From NCBI GenBank assembly GCA_024626585.2, contig JANKJI020000002.1, positions 268,334,022-268,352,532 of the forward strand: a stretch of DNA of 18,511 bases, given 5' to 3'. Both the position numbers and the translations under genes were made by a program. The DNA is from Ginkgo biloba. Lineage: Eukaryota > Plantae > Ginkgophyta. The notes under the pieces were generated by a model. That model was given only the letters and a program-made list of their open reading frames with translations. It did no database searches and was not told where the DNA came from. Within the stretch, counting starts at the first letter, position 1, and every line of letters begins with the position of its first letter. This document shows, one piece after another, positions 11,224-18,511 of the stretch.

Positions 11224-11343
11224 TATCTCGCCCAAAGACCACACAACCTAAGAGAGCATAATATTTGTCTCAACCCTTTATCACGGGTGCATAATCTTTT
11301 ATGCTCCCTCTATTGTTGTGAATCATGATTGGTTTGAGTGATA
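11224..11343. repeat. Imperfect ~120 bp inverted repeat (foldback)
   Basis: The left arm cacaacctaagagagcataa (11242-11261) pairs imperfectly with ttatgctccctctattgttgtg (11299-11320). There is inner accc/gggt pairing and outer tcgcccaaa/tttgagtga pairing. Confidence 0.6.
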
Positions 11344-12682
11344 AAAAGTCAATGCTTTCCACTTAAGGTTTGGAGTATGAATAGGTCACTAAAAATGAAT
11401 TTTTATTACCATTGTTTTCTATATTATAGACTTGTACAAACCCATGGCAAATTATTGCCATAGAAAAATCCTCTTTCTATTAAAAAATAGAAAATTAACT
11501 CCATGTAGTTGTAACTTAATGGAATATAACTAAGCTTTAAGTTATTATGCATCTTATATTCCAAATGTTTGTGTGTGTGTGTATAAAACATAGGGCATCA
11601 TGTAATAATATCATTTATTGGTATCAAACTATACACCATTTATCACTAGTTATATAAAAATGGTGATAATAGGAATTAGTATAAGATATGGTCAAAGCCA
11701 ATCAATATTTTCCACCTTCAATATTTGTGTAATAGTAGTTGCATGTGTATTGATAAGATAGAGTGTTTACTTCTTAAAGTCAATATCTTTTTAGTATATA
11801 TAATATATAAAATAAAAAGGATGCATAAAGTCTTTTTTATAGTTATTATAATCCATAAGGGNNNNNNNNNNAATAGCAATTTCTCTATTACCAATAATTA
11901 ACCACCAAAATAAGATTAATGGAAGACTTATTAGCTTTAACTTATTTATACGAAACATGTATGGAAATCAAGTCTTTTATGTATGATAAAATATCATATG
12001 ATAAATTGATAAATATTAATAAAACTCTTTTTTTTCTATATTTAATACTCCAAGTGATCTCCCAATCAATATTTGATCGAAATAAGTCCAAGTTGTGCCT
12101 TGTATACATATGCCAAATCAAATCAATGTCAAACCTATGTCGAAAGATATTTACATACTTATTATTACTTATAAATGTACATGCATTTTGAACTTATTAA
12201 TGTCCATTTCAATAGATAAAACTATAGCTTAGGTTCCCATTATTTACCTTTAATTCCAAGAGTGACTTGTTTCATCCTCAATAAACATCTATAATGGATA
12301 ATTCTAATCATCACTAAACATCATTTACATTTTAGTGGGCCATTTCCAGTATGTATGTTTGTGTTTGGATATGGAGGCCTCCACACATGAAGTGAAATTA
12401 CACGCTTGGTGCTTGTACAACATGGATTTTTTACAATAATTATAAAAATTATGAACTCACGCATTCATAAACTTATGAGACCAACCAACGGTTGTCAAAT
12501 ATTTTAGTCAAACCAATCTCACGTGGGTAGTTGAAATGCCTCCAACTGATAATTAGACCACCTTAGTTTTCTTTGTCTCCAAGAATAGAAGAACACAAAA
12601 TGGCTTGACAACATTTTAGCAATGAATTTTTACTCGTCCAAAATTGATTGGTATACCTTTCTCACTTATAATAATTCTAAGT

Positions 12683-12735
12683 GTTAGGACCAATAGAAGA
12701 AAGAAATACCTAAGGTTCTAGGTTCAATTCCCTTA
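12683..12735 (+). mobile_element. Possible decayed tRNA-derived SINE head (Pol III B box)
   Basis: aaggttctaGGTTCAATTCCc (12712-12732) fits the B box GGTTCRANTCC. A weak A-box-like taggaccaatag lies ~35 nt upstream. No tail or TSD was recognised. Confidence 0.3.
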
Positions 12736-12951
12736 GAAGGTCAATTCACACATTCATGGCCTGTTTGAAAGTAATCCACCAGCATACTTCATCTATGACA
12801 AGAGATATTAGTGAATCTCTTCAAATTACGGGATGCATAATAATGGTTCTANNNNNNNNNNNNNNNNNNNNNNNNNNNNNNNNNNNNNNNNNNNNNNNNN
12901 NNNNNNNNNNNNNNNNNNNNNNNNNNNNNNNNNNNNNNNNNNNNNNNNNNN

Positions 12952-13290
12952 AACTTAAATTTTTAAACTTAGAAGTTAAAGGATTACCCCCATTTCAGGA
13001 TGTTTGATGAGGATCTTAGTAGTATCTAGCAGCTAATAAGGAATTTAGACTGTAGGAAATATCAAGATTCTAGCCTTAATAAGAAATTTGCTATTTTTTA
13101 GGAAGTTACAACTTATATCCTAACTTTTGTTCCATAGCTCTATTTTATATCCTCTTGGGCTCATTTTAAAGCTTGTTGGAAATAATACAACTTTCCCCTT
13201 GTGGACCTTTTACTCAAACTGATCAGATTCCTTTGAATTTTGAGTGCAATTTGGGAATTTATTACTACTTCACTAGGTATTGACTTTTGG
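12952..13290 (+). repeat. Second, diverged copy of the 598-~900 segment (LTR-like family)
   Basis: aacttaaatttttaaacttagaagttaaaggattacccccatt matches acttaaagttttaaactttaaaagttaagtattacccccact. ctcttgggctcattttaaagcttgt matches ttcttgagctcattttaaagcttgt. Confidence 0.85.
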
Positions 13291-13294
13291 TTCC

Positions 13295-13480
13295 GATAAG
13301 TGGATCACATTCATTCTTCTCTCTCAATTTATTGTATTACATACATTATCTTCTATGATGTGGTATCTTGTCAAGATTTCTATATGCATTACTTATATGT
13401 CATGGACCTTTTTTCCATAAAGAACCCCCATGTCCTTCGATGTTTTTTTGCCATTTATTACTATAAAATCATAGGTGAAG
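13295..13480 (-). repeat. Unclassified repeat family X, copy D (more diverged terminal fragment)
   Basis: ataaagaacccccatgtccttcgatgtttttttgccatttattactat matches copy B ataaagagccccaatgtcctttaatattcttgtgtcatttatcattat. Confidence 0.65.
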
Positions 13481-14330
13481 TTTATGCCAAATGTCTCAAT
13501 GGTTTAATAAAATCATAGGTAGTCAAAGTAGTTTGAACAACAATCATAACACCCATACAAACAACCACATAATTAGTAAAAAACAATTCTAAACTAGAAA
13601 CGAAGATCATTGCACTTCATAGAATAAATAACAACACGTCAATAACAGTTGTATCCATCCTTGCACCATGACATAGGATGCTTCCTCCTACAAACATTTT
13701 GATTTCCATTTTATTAAATGAATAAATTTAAAGGGACTCTATTATATGACTTCATTTACATCCCAAAATTGGATCCTTAAACTAGCTAAAATTTCCCTTG
13801 TGAGCATAATTCTAAACCACAAACATTTGATGCTACAACAACCAAGATAGGTCTAGAGTTGGATCTCCAAAACTCTCAGTATTAGTTTCAAATGTCATTA
13901 TGTTTGTCCCACATTGGTTGTGTGTAGGGTCCTTTGGTGGTTTAAAAGGCCCAATATGCCATGATCCTNNNNNNNNNNNNNNNNNNNNNNNNNNNNNNNN
14001 NNNNNNNNNNNNNNNNNNNNNNNNNNNNNNNNNNNNNNNNNNNNNNNNNNNNNNNNNNNNNNNNNNNNTTAGAAATTACACCTATGGATTGAATTAGTAG
14101 ATGGGAAGTTACCATTGATGTAATGGCATATATTCAAAATAAAAAGGGTAACTCAATATTATATAAATATCCTTCTTGATGGTGTAGATATTGAATTGGA
14201 CTATCCTAGATTGATTGCTACTATAATCATTGCATTAATTTACCTCTTATTCCATAATTAAGTTTCTCATCTATTCTTGTTTATATATTTATAGGTATAC
14301 ACTAGGTTTACTAGATTATGATTCAACATA

Positions 14331-14345
14331 TAACATCATTGTCAA
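14331..14345 (+). promoter_or_regulatory. Decayed primer-binding site (tRNA-Asp type)
   Basis: taacatcattgtcaa differs from TGGCGCCGTTGCCGG (complement of the plant tRNA-Asp 3' end) only by G>A or C>T transitions. It lies 2 nt after a CAACA LTR-type terminus and upstream of gag. Confidence 0.6.
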
Positions 14346-15000
14346 CCTAGATAANNNNNNNNNNNNNNNNCCTATTTATAGATATCATTTAGCATTATAA
14401 CAAGATACATTGAGTACTCTTAATTGTGATGACTCTTTAATCAAGTGACTAGAGTAATTTAGCTCAAAAGATAAGGAGTGTGTGAAAGGAAGGAAGTTGT
14501 GTAAGTGATTGTCATAATAAGATAGACTTAGGTTTACAATAATGAATATGATCCTTAACAATTAAGAAGGATGATTCATGCCATCCACTAGTAGGAAGTA
14601 AGAACTTTAGCATTCATCTCAATTAGCAATCCAATAAAGACAAACATTAGATATAGATAAACCCAATCACGATGAAGGTGTTAATATTCTACTATCTATA
14701 GAAAATATTGTGAAAATTTTGGTAAGTTTAAGTCTAGACAACAGTATCCCAAAGTACAGAAGTAGCTAAAGTGGTCACAAGTTTGTGAGTAAGTTTTATA
14801 TAAGGGAAGTTAGAGTTTATGGTGGGATCCTAGTTAGAGTAAGAATTAAGAGGACTTATCAATAAAAATGAGTGTGGAAATGGCCTCAAACATCACAAAG
14901 GAGGGAGACCTCATCAGGGTGAAACACAACCCATAAGTAAAGGTAAAAACTAGTGGAGGTATCCTCTATGGCCTCTTTAATACGAGCATTTAAAAGGTAA

Positions 15001-16190
15001 TTATTGCTCACATTTATTGGGAGTAAAACAACACCACATTATAATACATGTGAAATAATAGAGGTGGTTAATAGAGTAGAGGATAAGATATAAAGGTCAA
15101 GGGTTTTCCACATAATATCGATGGGTGAAGTAAATGATTAGTATAAGAATTTTCCAAAAGACTATTTCTTATCATGGAAGTGTTTAAGAGATTTCTTGGG
15201 AAAGGAATTTTAATTGTTGAGTGATGATAGTGAAGTCATTAACCAAGTTTATTGCTTGCAACAAGATCAGGGACAAATGGCACATGACTAAAATAACAAA
15301 CTAAAAGCATTGATAAAAAATATATCAAGCATGACAGATGACCTCAAGAAATGATGGTTTATTGAAGGCTTACTAACAAAATATTAAAAGAAGTTGAAAG
15401 TGGTCCCTCCTATAGCATATGAAGAAGTAGTGAATAGGCTGTTGAATTTAGAATTAGAAGTTAAAGTACAAAAGTTGACATGAGATAGATATGATGACGA
15501 TGATGAGGAAGGGATGTGAAGAGTGGAAGAATTGTGGAAAGATATGTCTAGGTTGATGAAGGAGGTTATGGAAAAAATTAAAGAGAAAAAAAGAAGTCCA
15601 GTGCACTAGTAAGGGCATCTAGAAGAATATTACCCTTGACATAAGAGTAGATACCGTGACATATACAAAATGAATTTCCATAACATAAACAAAATTACCT
15701 ACAATACATAGAGAATCTAGATAACTACAGAGGCCTAGGTATATCTCACAAAGTATGAAGTAACAACTAGGAATTGATGGGAGAATAATCACAAAAGTAA
15801 CACCAAGGGTGGTTATCCGAGTTTCTATATAAATAAAGGATCTCCATATAATACGATGAAGCCTGATAACTAATGATCCAATCGTATCAATGTTCTAAAT
15901 GAGGATATTTTAGCAAGGACTAGTCATAACCTACTAAGAGAATATTCGTGTGCTTGGATTATGGGTCAAAGAATAAATCAAATTAGACATATAAGGGGGT
16001 TAATTTCATTTGGAAATATTATATAGATGGCATACCCATATTGAAGGTTGAGACACAATATATGGTTAAACAAGAGTGTCGAGGCCCTTAAAAAGAGAAA
16101 AGAAGGTTACAAAAGTTAAAGTATTGGTGCATTAATTACAATAGACAGAAGGTATTGTGATGATAATGGATGTTATTATATATCAAGAGA
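15001..16190 (+). pseudogene. gag: Retrotransposon gag (capsid-like domain plus several decayed zinc knuckles)
   Basis: Frame +1 reads LLTFIGS...HYNTCEII...GEVND*YKNFPKDYFLSWKCLRDFLGKEF*...LQQDQGQMAHD*NNKLKALI...MTDDLKK*WFIEGLLTKY*KKLKVVPPIAYEEVVNRLLNLE, the typical gag pattern W..L...F, Q...E....Y, F..GL. Knuckle remnants are GHLEEYYP and YRDIYKMNFH (~15610-15700) and IQSYQCSK*GYFSKD* (15876-15923). Confidence 0.85.
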
Positions 16191-16244
16191 TTATACAAAA
16201 TAATACTTGGGTACTCTAATTAGCAAAATAATTGCTAAGACTAA

Positions 16245-16421
16245 AGATACCAGTAAATGTAGTTTAAACAAATATCCATCCTTGACATGAAAATCTCTTA
16301 AGGAATCCTCTTTTGCAGGATCTAATACATGAACCATAATAGAGGCAAAATATGAATCAACATAAGACATCTCTTTCCATTCAAGAAAGCAAAAACATGT
16401 AGTATCTAATATGTGCACCAA
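16245..16421 (-). pseudogene. pol: RNase H-integrase linker remnant of Gypsy pol
   Basis: Track ORF 16191..16421 contains EWKEMSYVDSYF...DFHVKDGYLFK, resembling the Y..D.DF...F...DG.LFK...LC.P segment that precedes the integrase HHCC finger. Recognisable similarity ends near 16245. Confidence 0.7.
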
Positions 16422-16429
16422 AAAATAAA

Positions 16430-16770
16430 TGTGTGGCTATAGTGTTGTTTCTTTCCTTCTTTTACTTTATGATGATATAGAATTATTACAGAAAATTCAT
16501 CCACTTCACTAGGTTATGATCCTCTAATTTGATTTGGGAATGCAAAAATTTAAGTGACTAATGATTCGAGTGAATAATAGTTTCCTCTCTAAAGAAATAA
16601 TGCTTCTAGTGTTAACATCTTGCATTATGGAATAGATCTCTTATTGGTAGGTACTATAACACTACATAATATCATAATAAGATTTATAATGAAATGCAAC
16701 TAATTTTTCCATCTGCATGGGGACTTCTCTAATGGCATGCCTTGATTCATCAAACTCTATCTTAAAAGGT
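16430..16770 (-). pseudogene. pol: RNase H domain of Gypsy pol (inactivated)
   Basis: PFKIEFDES...LVAFHYKS...YSTYQ*EIYSIMQ, a frameshift, then H*KHYFFREETIIHSNH*SLKFLHSQ...KWMNFL**FYIIIK*KKERNNTIATHL. This matches the Gypsy RH pattern YSTYDKELYA..W.HYL......TDH..L...W...L..F...I.Y..G..N..AD.LSR. Confidence 0.9.
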
Positions 16771-16869
16771 AGTTTAAGGTTTGGCATGGCTAGAACTTGT
16801 TTGATGTTAAGTTTTTTCTTGAAAAGAACAAATGTATATGGATGTTGTTGATCCCAAAAGAAGTCTTGC

Positions 16870-17760
16870 TTGGCCTTCATGAGAAAATTCAAAGGTGATG
16901 CAATATTTAAGAAATTCCTTATAAACTTCCTATAGAAGCTATCTAAATCAATAAAACTACAAAGCTCATCAACATTAGTGGTAGTAGGCCAATCCCTTAT
17001 GATAACAACCTTGGAGGGATAAGGACTAAACCTACTTTCATCAATACTAAGTCCTAAGTAAAAAATACTACTCATGGAAAAATGGAGTTTATTCATATTT
17101 ACTTATAATTGATACTCTTGCAGCTTGAGAAGGACCGTTTGAAAATGCTCAAGGTTTTCCTCCCAAGTGTGTCTAACAAAAAGAATATCATATAGGTATA
17201 TAATCACAAATACATCTATAAAGGGTCAAAGAATATCATTTATCAACTGCATGAAAGTGGCAGGACTATTGGTTAGCCTAAAAGGCATGACTAACCACTC
17301 AAAAATCCCTTACCTAGTCTTAATTTTTTTTTTCAAATGTCTCCTTTCTTGATGCTTACATGATAGTAACCTGAATTGAGGTCAATCTTACTAAAGAAGA
17401 GAGAACTTAAAAGTTGATCCAGAAGGTCATTGATTTGGGGTAGTGGATACCAATTTTTTATCATTTTTTTATTAATGGCTCAAAATTCTATGAAAATTCT
17501 CCATGAGCCATATTTATTTATAATGAAAATGACAAGTGATCCATATGGTGAAGCATTAGGCTTAATTTTCACTGTCTCTAAAATTTCCTCAATTTAATGC
17601 TTGATTTCCTCATTCTCCATGACTAAATTATTGTTAAAAATAGCATTTGGAAGTGGATAATTGGGTATCAAGTCTATATAGTGGAAGATAGTCCACTTAG
17701 GTGGAAATATCTTAGGAGGATAAAATTCATCTTTGTACTCCTTAAAAATACTTCTTAATT
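16870..17760 (-). pseudogene. pol: Reverse transcriptase domain of Gypsy pol (inactivated)
   Basis: Reads HYIDLIPNYPLPN...NEEIKH*IEEIL...IKPNASPYGS...GSWRIFIEF*AINK...YPLPQINDLLDQL...FSKIDLNSGYYHV, then after a frameshift in an A-run KTR*GIFEWLVMPFRLTNSPATFMQLINDIL*PFIDVFVIIYLYDILF. The catalytic YLDD is mutated to YLYD at 17187-17198. It continues into track ORF 16662..17096 (WPTTTNVDELCSFIDLDSFYRKFIRNFLNIASPL). Confidence 0.95.
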
Positions 17761-17944
17761 ATTGTTCCTATTTCACATCAAGTATAGTAGATTCTAACTA
17801 CTTCAAAGTCTTAGAACTAGACTCTATAAACTTCCGAAGTAAGAATGGGACAAACTTATATGAAGATTAAACCAACCATTTGGATTGAGAACCATTAACC
17901 AAAATGGATGATTTATCCATAGGTAAAAAGTTTAAAAATAAAGT

Positions 17945-18284
17945 TTTTCCATATTTAAATAATTAAAATTTTCATTAGTAAGGAATCAACCTAGATTTTC
18001 TTTCATGAAGAAATAGAATGCCTATTAAAACACTATTATAGTCTATCAAAACAACATCACACATGATCTCATCTAAATAATTAAAATTTTGAGAGTACAT
18101 TACTTGGTGACCTAGTCACTCTCATATATAGTATGCCAAAAATATCATATGGGTCAAGATGATCTATTGTCACTAAGCCAAGATCCCTAACAACCTCAGA
18201 TGTAATGAGGTTATTTTCACTTTCGTTGGCTAAGATTGTTGGTACAACCTTGTTATTTATTTGAAGTTAGATAGTGAACAATAT
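17945..18284 (-). pseudogene. pol: Retroviral-type aspartic protease of Gypsy pol (inactivated)
   Basis: ILFTI*LQINNKVVPTILANESENNLITSEVVRDLGLVTIDHLDPY...VTK*CTLK...YLDEIMCDVVLIDYNSVLIGILFLHER. The active-site D(S/N)GS is decayed to ANES at 18219-18230. Confidence 0.85.
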
Positions 18285-18413
18285 ATCTCAATTTTAAGTA
18301 GAATCATTAGCATTAACTAATGTAATAGAAAATTATAGCTCGTCTACTATAATACTAAGTTTAGGTATCATATTTGTCATTTTATTAGACTAAGTAATTG
18401 ACTTCATATACTT

Positions 18414-18473
18414 TTCAAGATGAATCTTATACTAATTTTCTTCATCATGACCAATATTGTTATCTTGACTATA
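18414..18473 (-). pseudogene. gag: Decayed gag CCHC zinc knuckle
   Basis: YSQDNNIGHDEEN*YKIHLE corresponds to C-x2-C-x3-GH-x4-C-WKLHPE and sits directly upstream of the protease. Confidence 0.65.
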
Positions 18474-18511
18474 TTTCTTCCCCTTAATAAAACTAGATTT
18501 CTTATTGTGTG

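Larger units (their letters stand above)
1435..14370. other. 16 assembly gaps (N runs) scattered through this interval
   Basis: N runs start at 1435, 1745, 2340, 2615, 3658, 4519, 5214, 5814, 7158, 8589, 9799, 10473, 11862, 12852, 13969 and 14355. Many are exactly 100 or 10 N, which suggests placeholder lengths. Confidence 0.97.
14069..16245 (+). mobile_element. Degenerate Ty3/Gypsy element, 5' half (LTR end, PBS, leader, gag); Athila/Tat-like non-chromovirus
   Basis: There is a TATA-like tatataaata at ~14160, an LTR-type end ...attCAACA at 14324-14328 and a decayed tRNA-Asp PBS at 14331-14345. A purine-rich leader and a recognisable gag from ~15001 follow. The left boundary is uncertain because of the N gap at 13969-14068. 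Confidence 0.75.
16245..18511 (-). mobile_element. Degenerate Ty3/Gypsy LTR retrotransposon internal region (gag end-PR-RT-RNase H), CRM-like chromovirus; 3' truncated before integrase and continuing beyond the right edge of the window
   Basis: Manual minus-strand translation across stops and frameshifts gives the Gypsy domain order: zinc knuckle, protease, RT, RNase H, then the RH-INT linker. The RT motif FEWLVMPF and the protease C-terminal motif YLDEIMCDVV are typical of the CRM lineage. Confidence 0.93.

Noticed and set aside
11387-11465. CACTA-like start (cactaaaaat) plus hairpin atggcaa-atta-ttgccat
   Set aside because: No matching TAGTG terminus or 3-bp TSD was identified, and it is too short to distinguish from chance.
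11919-12191. 90-aa ORF on the plus strand
   Set aside because: Its I/L/K/Y/F-rich composition is typical of chance ORFs in AT-rich DNA, and it has no motif.
13893-13968. tgt...gtcccacattgg, resembling the start of a short Copia/TRIM LTR
   Set aside because: It runs directly into a 100-N gap, so the other end cannot be seen and it cannot be linked to the LTR ending at 14328.
1220-14097. Numerous track ORFs containing X runs
   Set aside because: They are artefacts of translating through N gaps.
17167-17352. Plus-strand 61-aa ORF
   Set aside because: It is an antisense shadow of the RT domain.

Overview
AT-rich, CpG-depleted eukaryotic DNA, very probably intergenic sequence from a large plant genome. 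A gymnosperm or other non-angiosperm host is my guess from the retroelement families. The window is fragmented by 16 N-runs, many of exactly 100 or 10 N. I find no intact host gene, RNA gene, CRISPR array or prokaryotic feature, and most ORFs in the track are spurious or run through N. The window is a transposon graveyard with four main parts. (1) A decayed minus-strand Ty3/Gypsy gag-pol of CRM-like type at ~16245-18511 has a zinc knuckle, protease, RT and RNase H, and is truncated before integrase. (2) A decayed plus-strand Athila/Tat-like Gypsy 5' half at ~14069-16245 has an LTR end, a deaminated tRNA-Asp PBS and a multi-knuckle gag, and runs tail-to-tail into element 1. (3) There is an isolated gag fragment at ~6081-6256 and an LTR-like segment at 1-1184, with a second partial copy at ~12952-13290. 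(4) An unclassified ~0.85-kb repeat family occurs four times (two in tandem) and hides a decayed Cys/Trp-rich minus-strand reading frame. This fourth part is the best candidate for something undescribed. I do not see an intact novel system. All translations were done by hand and boundaries are approximate.
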